The translations under genes were made by a program, and so were the position numbers. The notes under the pieces were generated by a model that searched no databases, was not told where the DNA came from, and saw nothing but the letters and a program-made list of their open reading frames with translations. A stretch of 64,000 bases of DNA from Felis catus (lineage: Eukaryota). Location of the stretch: positions 123,568,001 through 123,632,000 of the forward strand of contig NC_058368.1 of NCBI RefSeq assembly GCF_018350175.1, given 5' to 3'. Below, in pieces: positions 1 to 12,930 of this stretch. How positions within the stretch are numbered: the stretch's first letter is position 1; every line of letters starts with the position of its first letter.

Positions 1-1249
1 ACTGAGAAGCAATTCAAGGTTGATGTGTTACTGATGAAGGTGAAACTATAAATTCCTTTAATATTTTTTTGTGTTGAAGATTGAAATAAGCTCTCCTTTG
101 TCTTCTCCAACCACTCTCCCTAAGACAAACAACCATATCACTTCTTAGAAGTCAGCTTATATTGTGAACTTCCAGAGGGCAAATAAAAGAAGCGCTGAGT
201 CCCCAGAAAACCAGGGAGTGAATGCACACAGATACTGCTGCACATTCACTGGGTGCAATTAAAGGTCTCTAAAAGTGGGTATGTTTTCATTTTAATCAAT
301 AGGCCAAGGAACTAAGGCAACAATGAGATCTTGCCACAGAGAAAGTACCAATTAAATCAAGTAAGGCCCTTTCTATTTCGAATTCTTTTTCTTCTTAAAA
401 CATGTTCATATAAGAGTTTTAATGAGTGTGAACGAAAGCTTCAGAATTTGAAATGCATCTTAAACAATTTATGGAAAACTTCCCAAAATATATTTATGCT
501 TCCTGTTATATACACAGTACCATCAAGAAAATTCAAACCTTTTTATGATGTGTTCTTATGAATATCTATAATTTAACTTGAAACCTGCAGAGCTAGTAAG
601 AAGAATGAGCTTACTCAATTCCTCCAAAACTGCTCTAATTTTCTACTTGGTATTCCGTAGTCTCCTTTCTTGTCAGCCGCCAACTTTCAGAATGTGCATG
701 TAACCGCCATATTCTAATGTGTTATTTAGCAAAAAGTGAAGGCACCAGAAGAAAATAGTAACTCAAACTTAGAAATTAGTAACTCTATTTTCAAATGCAA
801 TTCTAAGTCAATAGGCCATGGAACAAAGATGGGTCCCACTCTTTTGCCAAATAAAGTGTACAGGATTTAGGACAGCTACTTGAAGACATTTTTCCATAAA
901 CTGTGGTTTTCTGTTTCAGACAGAGGGAGTTATTGTAAATTTGACTGGAAATAAGGATGTTAGTGTACAGTATATCCGAGGCAAAAGTACTATTGATTTC
1001 AAATTTAGAAATGATAGTTCATAGAACACAGCACACTATCTTAAAAAATATTTATTAAAGTTGAAGCACAGAAAAAGTGATTTCCTCAAGATGACTCTGC
1101 TAAAAGAAAACCACACCAGCCAAAAAATCAATGTGTTGTTGCTAACTACTCTTTCTTTCACAACATATTCCTTTTATAACGTATTGCGTTTTGTATCACA
1201 GAGTGATTATAATGACCCACTACTGCTAATACACTCACTTTGAGTTGCT

Positions 1250-3970
1250 AGCGCTGGTGACAGGTGTACTGAGGCATTTTGGTTTCTTTCTGACCAACAG
1301 TACACATTCGTAAGGGGATGTGAACCAGGTAAGGGATCTAAACAGGGATAAATAAGACGCGGTCCTTGTCTTCATGGAGCTCAATTACTAGTGGAGTCAT
1401 TAAGTAACTATGCAAATAAACTGCGAAAGGGAAATACAGGGTATCTAGAGAATAAATGAGGATGAAACGATACAATCTGAGCAGTCAGGGTCTGTGAGGA
1501 AGTCCATACCACCAGAGCCACCTGACTAATCCTTTAAACATGTAAATTACCTAAGGTCTCTCTTACATTTCATGCCAACACTAGCCCCTTCTCTTTCATT
1601 CTACCCATGGACTTTCTTCTTTTTTTATTTTTTTTTGTTAACATGCCAAGCTTGTTCCCATCTTAGGGCCTTTGCCCTTGTCCCCTCAGCCTCAAACATT
1701 GTCTTCAGATCTTCTAATAACTGGATGCTTCGAACCACCTCAGCATAGATGTTTCCTCAGGGAAGCCATCCCTGTTCTAAGCAAAAACAGACTCTACTAT
1801 TCAATTCGTTCTTTACCAAGTCACTTTTCTGATTTTTGTCGCACTTTTTGTTTTATTTGGATGACCCTGAAAAATATTTAACATGGTTTTATGAGTTAAC
1901 TCATAACATTAGTCCCCCTAGTCTCGTTTCCCTCTTAGGATTTTTACATCTCAGCTAGGCTTAAGGATTTTCACAAACGCCAGCCTTACAGTTGTTAGTC
2001 CTCTCCCTCGATCGGTTCATGTGGTATCTCCAGGGCCTAGTCTTGCCTAGAATATAGCAGCAATTCAAAAATTATCTGATGAACAAATGAAGTGAAAAAA
2101 ACAGGAGTGAGAGAATACTGAGAATTGTGCCAAGAGTCATTTCATGGCAGAAGAGATATTCTCCCTCTATGTGACAGGACAATTTTCAGAAAGTAATGCT
2201 ATGTACAATCCTTCAAATTTTTGAAAAGAGTTGAGGGGGAGTAGAACAATTACACTTACATTAACAACTAAAACAAGTTCAGAAATAATGTTTTTTCCTC
2301 CAAAGCAGACCTATCATGTTATATAAAAATACCCAAACAGAAAAAAAATCATGTCACAGTCTGCACAGCAGATTTATTTTCAGTGCTATATATATGAACT
2401 TAGTTATAAAATCTTTCCTACAAATTTCATAGACAACCTCTTATTTTTTCTCTCTTGACATTTGGGAAGGGCGTTATTGGATTTCACTATTTGGGATAGA
2501 TGTGTTTGGGACAGATGGCATTCCGTTAAGAGAAAATGGCAAGAATACAAGGAGGCAGAAAGTCAATACCTGCACTTGGAACAATGAAAATACATTAGAT
2601 TTGCTATAGGTAAATACAAGAATTAGTAACAAGGCTGGAAAAGGGGTTTTAGATGCTAGATGAATGGTTTGGACTTAATCACACAGTGCAGACGCTGTGA
2701 AAGAAACTGAGAAGTGCTATGCACAAAGCAGCATTTCTTCAATATTAATCTGATGACTGCAGGCAGGACAAACTAGAGGAAGAAAAATAAGAGGTAGGGA
2801 GACCCATTAGAAAGCTTTGTTGGTACTCCAGGAATTCATGAGTACCTAGACTGATGCATGAACAGCACAAAGTGCTGAAAAGTGAAAATGGTGTACACAG
2901 AAGATAAGTGAAGATTGTATAAAGCATGGCAAGAGATTCGATGTGAGGAAGAAAGGAAGACATTAAAAGGAATTATTAACATTGAATAAAAAGGAATATG
3001 GAAAAACAAAAACAAGGAGATCATAGAAGCTAGTGTCAGGAGAGAAGGATAGTTTAGTATGAGCCATGTTAAATTTGAGAGGCTTGCAATATAGGGTCAA
3101 AAGGTCCACGTAAATATGGAAATGGCTGACTTGAGATTAGAATAAAAACCAGGACTAGAGAGAGTGAGTGAGGAATCATCTACAAAGAAAAAGACAGAAT
3201 TAGTAATGGAAGTACTCTCCTAGAAGGACTGTAGATGGAGAACTATACTGTAACAGACTAACACCTTCATTGAGGGTCACGTTTTGGGGCAGGAGGAATA
3301 GGAAGCCAAAGAATACAACAAATGATTACAGAGTTGAAAGAATTCAGAGGCATATCAGAAAAGACAAGAGAATCCAAAAGAGGCTGGTTCAGAGGAAAAG
3401 AGCCACAGAATAATAGTCAAAGAGAAATGCTATGTATTTTTATTTACAAGCATCAAAACTTGGTAGTTAAAATGTTGCAGTAAATTGTGGGGCAAAGATT
3501 TATTCACCTTGTAGGTGAAAGTTTGCTAAGTGTACACTTCTTTAGTGCCATCTTCTCTTATGGAAAGCTTACATTCCATGAGGACCTCAAAGACCCAAGC
3601 TCTTTCTTCACTCACCATCTCTGCACATGGAGTTTCTTAACTCTGCCAGGAATACTACACTATTTCCCCCATTCTTTACAGGGTAACACCTACCAGTCCT
3701 CCTGATCTCAGTTTAACAGTCACTTTCTCAAAGAGACCATCTATGACCCCTCCTCTTCTCCAGTAAAAATTAGGTTAGCTTGTTAAACCTTCTTCCTTAG
3801 TTTTTCTTTGTGGCACTTATCAGTTATAAAGCAATGCTGGTGGGATTATTTAATGCCCGTGTCTGCCATTACATCAGAAAGTTCTGAGAAAGAGGTGATT
3901 TGTCTACATTGCTCATCCCACCCCTAACATCATGAGATACAGAAGTGTTCAAAAACATGTGTTGGACGAA
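1250..3970. mobile_element. Cluster of degraded L2-like fragments in DHX29 intron 1
   Basis: L2-typical phrases, e.g. GGTCCTTGTCTTCATGGAGCTCA, CATGTTAAATTTGAGAGG, GAAGTGTTCAAAAACATGTGTTGG; highly diverged. Confidence 0.5.
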
Positions 3971-4637
3971 CATTTCAGTAAAAACTATAGGCAAACAAGC
4001 TAAACAGAACAAAATAGAGGATACCTGTACATGTTTTAGAATCAGTTTTTATATAGGGGCCTGCTCATCTGTAGCCAGAATCAGCAATCTCTGAGTTATC
4101 AAACTAAATTACACAGTAAACAAAGAATGCATGACAGTGGTAAAGATTAGAAATACTTCCACAATAGGTTATACCCATATTCGGTGTTTAAGTACTGAAA
4201 TTCTTATTACTGGTTCTTCCATAACACATGAAAACAGTGGTTGAAAATGATACGAAGATCAAGTACAAAAAGGGCCTGACTCTAGGAGGTTAGGAACTCC
4301 ACACATTACCCTCTGCATCAACCTAGCTAATTTAGATGATGGCTCAAGACTAATTCCTGCTGAAACGGGAGCGAATGCAATTTTTATTCTGTTCTCTTAA
4401 GAAAAAGCACGGTTAAGTGGGAGGTGCCAGGCTGCAAGAGGACTACTGTCATAACTTCAGAGGCTCCCAAAGCTTACACTAACCTAGAACAAGGCCACCG
4501 CATAGAAACTAGCAGCTGCAGGTGTGGAAGACACAAATTTTGAGACCTAGGGTCGGCCCAGGTTGCGCTGGCTTCTACCGCGTAAACAGCAGCAGCTGCT
4601 CGGGGTGGAAAGCCCGGGGCCCCCGGACCGCTCGTAC

Positions 4638-4818
4638 CTTGCTTGACTCGGGGCTCCCTGGTGCTAGCGGCAGCTGCGGGGGGCGGCCTGGCCACCGGCT
4701 TCTTGTTTTGGGCCTCCCCAGCAGCTCCGGCCTCGGCGGATTTGGCTCTGGAAGCAGACACGGCGGCCCGGACCGCCGCGGCCCCGGGCGCCTTGTGTTT
4801 CTTGTTCTTGCCTCCCAT
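4638..4818 (-). CDS. DHX29: DHX29 coding exon 1 (DExH-box helicase 29, 43S scanning factor); gene continues beyond window start
   Basis: Translates MGGKNKKHKAPGAAAVRAAVSASRAKSAEAG...REPRVKQ(G), matching the mammalian DHX29 N-terminus. Donor CAAG|GTACGA at 4637. Lies head-to-head with MTREX as in other mammals. Confidence 0.96.
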
Positions 4819-5259
4819 ACTGCATCGATGGCAAAGAGCCCTGCTGCTCTAAGCCCCGGAACCACCGCAGCACCGTCTCCAAGTGCTCTTTACATTCCCC
4901 GGGTCCCACGCCGCCACCCTGCGTCCTTCATCCGGGCTTCTAGGGCCTGGGCGACCGCTGAATTTCAATTGGTGCGACTCACCAAGGTTCCGCCTCCTCG
5001 CCTCCCTCTAGGTGCCTACCGCATGCCGGGCATTCTCGCCGCGCTCCTTCTTTAAGTTAGCGAACTGGCCGTCTAGTCGTGGTGGGAAAGGAAAAGTCGG
5101 AAGAGAAGAAGTCAAGGAAGAATTCTGGCGGATGGGGTTGCGTGACTAGACTACTTTTGTCTCCCATGGGGTACAGCTGAGGCTTCCCTTGGCGTCATTG
5201 TCGGTACGCTCGCAGAGCATCGTGGGTAGGAGGGAGATTCGGTCTCCCAGCTCGGAAAG

Positions 5260-5393
5260 ATGGCGGACGCTTTCGGGGATGAGCTCTTCAGCGTGTTTGA
5301 GGACGACTCGGCCACCGCACCCGGAACTAAAAACGACAGAGAGAAGGAGAAGGGGAAATGGAAGGGGCCGCCAGGGTCTGCAGAAAAGGGCGG
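5260..5393 (+). CDS. MTREX: MTREX exon 1 (coding part, 134 nt)
   Basis: MADAFGDELFSVFEDDSATAPGTKNDREKEKGKWKGPPGSAEKG; donor GG|GTAAGA. Confidence 0.96.
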
Positions 5394-6330
5394 GTAAGAA
5401 AAGTGTCAGGATGTTGTTTTTTTTTTTTTTCCTCTTTCCTCATTGCTGAGGGGAGAAAATACAATATTCTTCTGAAGAGCATGAGCAACTGTAGTGCAGA
5501 CCAAGTGGCATCGGGAAGTGAAGGGTTTTGGGGAGAATGTTGAAGGCGGGGGGGGGGAGGAATGTTGGTTTGGTGAGTTGGGATTTTGGCGTTCCCCGGT
5601 GCCCGCAGACAGCGTGAGCTCCTGCCACAGTAATTCCTTAACGCCTAGGTTGCTGACTTTACGTGTGCGCCGTGGAGTCGGGAGGACAGGTGAGGTGTAT
5701 CTGTTAGGTTCTGTGGCCCACGATACCTGGCACAGTCTTTAATGAAACTAATGACCAGTTGAGTAAAGGGTTAAGGAGCTTAGAAAACGTGACTTGAATT
5801 GACTTGGAACGGGCAAATCGCAACAGGAGGACTCAGGAGAGATTTAGTCTCCAAGCTGTAGCTTTTTGCCCTTAAAAAAGAACGTGTCTACTACTAAGGT
5901 TGTGAGGATTGAATGTGAATGCACCTATGTACAAGCATCTAACAGTGCTTATCCCGTAATAGATTCTCAAAAGCTGGCTATCGTTGAGTTTACTAAGAAA
6001 ATTTTTAAAACGTAATGGTTCCTAAACATATGTACTAGATTGATGCATAGAACTATTGTAAAGTGTACGATATGGTTTATAGTAGAGCAAGGAAAAGCTG
6101 ATATTTGGATGAAAAAGATGATTCATTCTTAACAAAATTTACTCTTAGCTAAGGGAGATACCCAATAAATAGGATTAAATTAGTCATGATTTTTCTCTCA
6201 AGGAATTTTTAGTGCTGGTAAAGAGGTAAAACTAGGTACATGTTTTAAAGGTTAGTAGGTGATTGAGATAAAATAAATTGTGTATACAGTTAAGTGCCGT
6301 ACAGTTCCAAAAGCGATCTCTGTGTCATTC

Positions 6331-6334
<4 letters not shown>

Positions 6335-6364
<30 letters not shown>

Positions 6365-6545
6365 GAAAGAGAGAAACAGTGCAAGCAGGGAAGGGGCAGA
6401 AAGAGAGGGAGACACAATGCAAAGCAGTCTCCAGGCCCCGAGCTGTCAGCACAGAGCCCGATGCGGGACTTGAACTCACAGACCGCGAGATCATGACCTG
6501 AGCCGAAAGTCGGCTGCTCAACCGACTGAGCTACCCAGGTGTCCT
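6335..6545 (-). mobile_element. CAN-SINE (tRNA-derived)
   Basis: Poly-T, (GA)n and tRNA-like head; TSD TGTCATTCAGGGATT. Confidence 0.9.
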
Positions 6546-7009
6546 TGTCATTCAGGGATTCTTACATGCAAGAGGCTATTCTGGGGAGAGGAAATGATTT
6601 GTTACTGGCGGGCTAGAGGGAGTGTTTGTTTAGGGACAAGAGATAAAACAGAGTAAAAGTTGGTTTTATTTAGACTGTGAAGGATGTTGAATGTCAAGCA
6701 TGAGAGTTTTAATTTCATTTTTAATACCACGAATTTTTCCTAACTTGGTGATTGGTTAAGTAGAGTGGTAGTTTAGGAAAATTAATGTGATAGCGGCTGT
6801 CAGAGTATGTTGAAGGAGGAAAGATAATAAAAATAAGAAAGGGAATTAGGGAAGTGTTTTAGTTTATTCATTTAGGAGATGAAAAGAACCTCAATTCAGG
6901 AGGTAGCAGAAGGAAGGAAAAGGAAAGGTGGAAAATGCTGTGAAGGAAAAAATTGATGTGTGTTAACAATGAAGCAGGTCAGAACAATGGAAAAGGAGTC
7001 AGAAGAGAT

Positions 7010-7200
7010 TTTTAAAAAATATTTTTTTGGGGAGAGAGCAAGCAGAGGGAGGGGCGGAGAGGGGAACAGAGGATCTGAAGCAGGCTCTGCGCTGACTGGC
7101 TGACATCAGCGAACCCGATGTGGGGCTAGAACTCACAATCTCGAGATCATGACCTGAGCTGAAGTCGGGCACTCAACCGATTGAGCCACCCAGGTGCCGC
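7010..7200 (-). mobile_element. CAN-SINE
   Basis: GAGATCATGACCTGAGCTGAAGTC...GAGCCACCCAGGTGCC. Confidence 0.85.
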
Positions 7201-7927
7201 AAAAGAGATTTTGAATTTGGATAACAAGAAGAAAAATATGGAAATTTACAGGAGATAGTGATTTGTAAATAAAATTAATTTGACTTGAGACCAAGGAAGT
7301 GATAATACTATATCCAAATGGAGGTATCCAGTGGGCAATTTTAATTAGGGTTTGGGCAAACCTTAGAACAGGAGGTTATGTGCACATATAGGGATGTTTG
7401 AATTGGTAGTGTTTGAGTTGGAGATCCTTTGGGCAAGTACAGTGATGCTGACGACAAAGATTAGAGGGATAGCAGAACAATCACTGTAAAATGTCTTGCA
7501 AGTGGGAATGAAACACAGTAGAAAAATAGTCTTTCTCATTGAGTTAAAAGGAGTTGGGAGAGGGTGGGGGAACATTTAAGGGAAAATGAGAAAGACAGGT
7601 TCTTTGCTTTTATTTTTTTTCCGAATAGGAGTAATTAATAGTTACTGTAGTTTGGGCAACTACAATATAATGAAGATAATACACAAGTAATTTCCCACTT
7701 TAGTAAATACTGTGCTTCAAAATTACTAAGGTAAAATTAATTCACTTTGCATTGTACTAGTGGTAAGCTGTTTCCACGAACTTCTAAAGGAAGAGTTTGT
7801 AGGATACAAAAATCATCAAATTTACATTTTAATTTTATTAGGAAATATGTGAACATTAGAGAAGGGAAACACATAAGAAAATACAGAACACTAGGGACTT
7901 AAGGGATTTTATTTACTAACAACATTC

Positions 7928-8138
7928 CTTTTTTTTTTTTTTTAGGTTTACTTATTTGTTTTGAGAGAGAGTGTTAGTGCACACAAGCAGGGGAGTTGGG
8001 GGGCGGGGTGCAGAGGATCCCAATCTGGCTTTGTGCTGACTGCAAAGAGCCCTATGCAGGGCTCGAACTCACAAACCATGAGATCATAACCGGAGCCCAA
8101 GTTGGGCACTTAACCATCTGAGCCACCCAGGCGTCCCC
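7928..8138 (-). mobile_element. CAN-SINE
   Basis: Poly-T to GAGCCACCCAGGCGTCCCC. Confidence 0.85.
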
Positions 8139-8214
8139 TGGATTTTCTTTCTTAGGCTGTCATTTAACTAGTTCCTGTATCCTCAAGTATTTACTGTAAA
8201 TTGTCCTTATATCT

Positions 8215-8513
8215 AAAGCTTCACTGTCCGCTACGCCACTGTAGCTATTGCATACTTAAACTGTAGCTAGTCAGTATTGAGATAATGCTCTCAATGTAAT
8301 ATGAGATTTTTAAAACTTAATGTAAAAAAAAAAAAACCACAAACTGCCACATGAATCTTTATCTTGATATGTAATGAATTGATAATGTTTTCCATATATT
8401 GGATTAAATGAAATACTGTAAAACTGGTTTCTTTTTAACTCTTAATGTGGTTTTTAGAAATTTAGAATTATGTGTGTAGCTTGCATTATATATGTATATA
8501 TTAGATAGCTCTG
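8215..8513. mobile_element. MER33-like hAT-Charlie non-autonomous DNA transposon
   Basis: TGTAGCTATTG..ACTTAAACTGTAGCTAGT... and AATGTGG...TAGAAATTTAGAATTATGTGTGTAGCTTGCATTATA resemble MER33. Confidence 0.55.
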
Positions 8514-8632
8514 ATAGAATTGATTAGATTCAGGTTCAGTTTTGGATAGGAATAATTCATAGTGGTGCCATGTACTTCCAGTTGCATTGCATCATAAGAT
8601 TACATCATGAGACATGTAGTGTTATTCCACAC

Positions 8633-8865
8633 TTTTTTTTTTTTTTTTTAAATTTTTTTTTTCAATGTTTATTTATTTTTGGGACAGAGAGAGACAGAGC
8701 ATGAACGGGGGAGGGGCAGAGAGAGAGGGAGACACAGAATCGGAAACAGGCTCCAGGCTCTGAGCCATCAGCCCAGAGCCTGATGCGGGGCTCGAACTCA
8801 CGGACCGCGAGATCGTGACCTGGCTGAAGTCGGACGCTTAACCGACTGCGCCACCCAGGCGCCCC
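8633..8865 (-). mobile_element. Young feline SINE (SINEC_Fc-type)
   Basis: Near-identical to copies at 11830, 13259, 21298, 35360, 54062 and 62297; CpGs intact. Confidence 0.92.
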
Positions 8866-10429
8866 TACACACTTTTTAAGATCGAGCATTGGGTTAAGAT
8901 AGATCAATCTTACTCCTCTTCAACTTTTCACATGATGGGTTTAGCACGCACCTATGTTGATTGCCCAGCTCCATTATTTTGTTGGTGGTTGGCAAAATGG
9001 CAGTTTTTCTATTTTTGTCCTTTCTATGTTTATTACCTCACAGCCATCTATATAAAAAAAAAAAAAAACACTCTCATACCAGCTGTTACCTTGAAACACA
9101 GTGCATAGAATAAATAGGAAAAATGCTTGATAATTTATCAATTTTAACAGAGATCAGTTGTGTCCTAAGGAACTTCCAATGGTGACCAGCATGGGTGTAT
9201 GATTATGTGTTTAGCTTCTTGATGAATGGATTTTCATGATTTGATGTGTTACACTCCTTTGCACTCATTTTTCTTTATCTTTTTTTAAGCTTTATTCGGG
9301 TATGTTTGAAGTATCCTAAATCACTGCCACAATCAAGACCCCCAAAAGTTCTGCATGCCTTTTTGTGATGCACCCCTCTCTCCAGTCCTCCTTCCAGGCA
9401 ACTACTGATCTTTCTGGCACCGGTGAACAGCTTGCATTTTCTAGAATTAAATTTTAAATGAAATACTACAGTATATATTCCTTTTTGGTCTGGTTTCTCA
9501 TATTCATTGCTTTGAAGATTCCTTCAGTTGTGGTGTATATCATCAGTTCCTTTTTGTTGCTGAGTGGTGTTCAGTTTTATGGATATACCATATATGTTTA
9601 TACCTTTATCTTTTGACGGACATTTGAATCATTTGCGTTATTATTTTTCATAGTCCTACCAATGCTAATTCTTCGTGTTGACTCTTGTCTCCTTTTGACA
9701 AGCTTAATCAGTCTTAGATAGCTTCTCTGCTTTTTGCCAAATGATACTCTTGACTCATAGTATACATTTTCAGCCCAGACCTGGAATCTGGTGTCTCCAA
9801 AGGGTCTCTAGTTCCTTATAGTGGGAAATGTTCTTTAGGGCTTCGAGTGCTCTTGGGTACAGGATTTCATTGCTTTTAGGTCTTTACTGTGGAAAGAACT
9901 GGGGAATCATTGTTTTTAGAAAAAAATAGAGTTCATGCTGACATTTACAATACAATTAATATTATAGGGTCTTTTATTTGGCTTTTTTGGTTTTTATAGT
10001 TTTATCCTTTTTTTTTCTGAAAATGTTCATCCGTAACAATATTACATAAACTTTATTTTATGTATTCTTATAATATTTAAAAAAATAATAGTGCATAATA
10101 ATACTGCAATTCAGAATAAAATATTGAATAGATTGTGGTTCTAGTTCATGGTTCTTTTTGTCCTTAGAAAAAATGTAGCACACCAACAGTGAAAATACTC
10201 TGTAATAGTTCCTTTTTGAAATGTTTATGCTACTAATTTGATACCTGTTATGTTCACTTGTTTCAACTTATTTTCCATTTTAAGGATTGCTAAAATTTTA
10301 ATTTTTAAATCATGGTAAAACAGTTTATGGTTCCAAAATCAAAAGTATAAAACAGTATTCTTGATTTTATCTTTGCCTCTTCTGTCCTGTTTGCTCCCTC
10401 TCCTTGAGTTTTTGGTTTCTTTTTACTAT

Positions 10430-10651
10430 TTCTTTTTTAATTTTTTTTTTTTTATGTTTATTTTTGAGAGAGACACAGAGAGACAGAGCATGAGCAGGGA
10501 AGGGGCAGAGCGGGAGAGGGACACAGAATCCGAAGCAGGCTCCAGGCATTGAGCTGTCAGCACAGAGCCCAACTTGGGGCTGAAACTCGCAAACCGTGAG
10601 ATCATGATCTGAGCTGAAGTTGGACACTTAACTGAGCCACCCAGGCGCCCC
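10430..10651 (-). mobile_element. CAN-SINE
   Basis: Standard structure. Confidence 0.88.
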
Positions 10652-11829
10652 TCTTTTTATTATTTTCTTTCTGAAAATACACATGTGCATGTCTGTCTTC
10701 ACTCATTTTTATGCAAAAGGTGCCATTTAAAAACTGTTCATCTTTTTTCTCTTAACATGATGAAATACAGATACCTCTGTTAGTATATAGAACTCTTACA
10801 TTGGGTTATTTTCAGTTTTTTACTGTTACAGATAGCCTTGTACATGTCTGTTTTTGAAATTTTTAAAAATTTTTTGCCATGTTATTTTGGCATAGATTCC
10901 TAGTAGAATTATGAGGTTAAAGGGTAAATGTATGTAGTTTTGCTAGGTGTTGACAAATTCTTTTCCACAGGCGATGCACCTTTGTCTTCAATGGTGTGGC
11001 AGGCCGAATGATTCATCTCCCTCTCCCCCTTAATGATGTCCTTGTCTCAATCCTGAGAATAATTGTCAGAATTAAGAAATTAACATTGATACAGTACTAT
11101 TATCTAATCTATAGACTTAGTTATATTTTGCCAATTGCTTTAATATCCTTTATAAGAAAAGGGTTCTATGTTGGATTCCATGATGTGGTTGTCATGTCTA
11201 GAAATAACATACGTTCATGGGGTTTCAGTAATAAAAAAACTTACTCTTAAAGGGTAAGCTTGTTATATGTGACACTTTATTTCCATCTTTCTGTTTAACT
11301 CAGGTGTTTCAAGGGTGCAAATTCCACATGTGACATACATACCAAGCTGTAAGAAAAATAAATAATTGGGGACCTAGAACTCTAACATAACAGTCTTAAA
11401 GAATAATATAGCTCTTCTGAAGGAAGGTATTCTATAAATTTAGGGTATAGGAATTAATTTTTTTGTTTTATGGCTGTCACCAGCTGCTAGTAGGTTTTAA
11501 GTGTAGTGGTTTTGTAGATGCTTACTAAATCAGGGTTAGAGTAGTGAAATGTTAGAACTAGAGGGATCTTCAGTATCTTCCAAATGTCTTACTTTACTGA
11601 GGACCAAGGATGTTGTTGATGGCTTGTCCAAAAGAGATTCATATAAGTAGTTAGCAATAAATAGACTGGGCAAGAATGGTTACCTTTTCCACTAAATTGG
11701 GAGGAATTGGGTTTACATATTTCAAGTTTTGCTAAGCATCAAAGAAGAACCTTTGTTAGCAAAAGATTGTTCAGGCATACCTCAGATCATTACCACTATT
11801 TGATACTCTTATTTAAAAAAAACAACTTT

Positions 11830-12063
11830 CTTTTTCTTTTTTTTTTTTAAATTTTTTTCTCAACATTTATTTATTTTTGGGACAGAGAGAGACAGAGCAT
11901 GAACGGGGGAGGGGCAGAGAGAGAGGGAGACACAGAATCGGAAACAGGCTCCAGGCTCTGAGCCATCAGCCCAGAGCCTGACGCGGGGCTCGAACTCCCG
12001 GACCGCGAGATCGTGACCTGGCTGAAGTCGGACGCTTAACCGACTGCGCCACCCAGGCGCCCC
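11830..12063 (-). mobile_element. Young feline SINE
   Basis: TSD AAAAAAAACAACTTTCT. Confidence 0.92.
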
Positions 12064-12339
12064 AAAAAAAACAACTTTCTAAGTAAAACATAAAAAGAGA
12101 AGTGTGAAAGTCCATAAGTTGAATTTTCATAGAATAAACACACCAATGTAACCCCCATTTGGGACAAAAACTAGAATATTTCAGATATCCTTTCCCCCGG
12201 AAAAGTGACTATCTTGATAATGTGTTAGGTTTTTTTTCTGTTTATGACTGTAATGTAAATGGAATCATTTAGAATACATTTCTTCATGTCTGGCTTTGAC
12301 TCAACATTGTTCATAAAATTCATGACAGTAGCTATGTCA

Positions 12340-12702
12340 AGTTGAATGCAGAAGCAAATGCAGAGTCCAGATGCATACTTCTAAGCCACACATTAAAGAG
12401 ATTTCCAAAAATATAAACAATGTCACTCTTCTCATTAAAGACTATTTTTGAAAATACTTATTTTTTTATCAAGTGTCATTTATGTTAAATCTAACAGTAA
12501 TAATGTTAACATAATGTTAAAATAACATTGTTTCCATCTTAAAATGAATTAATAAGTAAATATTTTAATAAGAAAAAATTTTTCAATATTATTATCTAAT
12601 GTGGTAAATATCAATAGGTATTACTACATAAACAAAATTCTTTGGAATTAATCATTTTTAAGACAATAAATAATTCTGAGGCCAAAAATTTGAGAGCCAC
12701 TG
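12340..12702 (+). mobile_element. Charlie1-family DNA transposon 3' end
   Basis: GAATGCAGAAGCA...AAGCCACACATTAAAGAGATTT..AAAAATATAAACAATGTCACTCTTCTCA ... GCCAAAAATTTGAGAGCCACTG terminus. Confidence 0.7.
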
Positions 12703-12930
12703 ATTTGGTATAGTCTATATTTTCCTGATGAGCACTTGTTTTCAGTTTTTTTTTTGTATGCTTATTGGCCATTTGGATATCCTCTTTTATAAAATACCTG
12801 TTGAAGTCTTCTGTTCATTTATTTTTAAATTTGTCATCTTCACTCTATTTTAGTTACATAGCTTTTGTCAGTTATATGTGGTTCAGATATCTTCTTCCAC
12901 TCTTTTGTCTTGCCTTTTTACTCTCTTAAT

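Larger units (their letters stand above)
4550..5720. promoter_or_regulatory. CpG island / bidirectional promoter shared by DHX29 and MTREX
   Basis: GC- and CpG-rich block in AT-rich flanks. Divergent ATGs at 4818 (-) and 5260 (+) with 441 bp between them. ATTGG (CCAAT) at 4968-4972, TGGCGTCA CRE-like site at ~5190, YY1-type AAGATGGCGG at 5257-5266. Confidence 0.9.

Noticed and set aside
1..60. Minus-strand 'GIYSF' resembling DHX29 exon 2 (GPKIYSFN)
   Set aside because: The downstream residues do not match and there is no suitable acceptor; exon 2 probably lies outside the window.
4522..5055. 177-aa plus-strand ORF, and other ORFs across the CpG island
   Set aside because: These are the expected by-product of GC-rich, stop-poor sequence antisense to DHX29 exon 1. 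Most start at non-ATG codons and show no recognisable homology.
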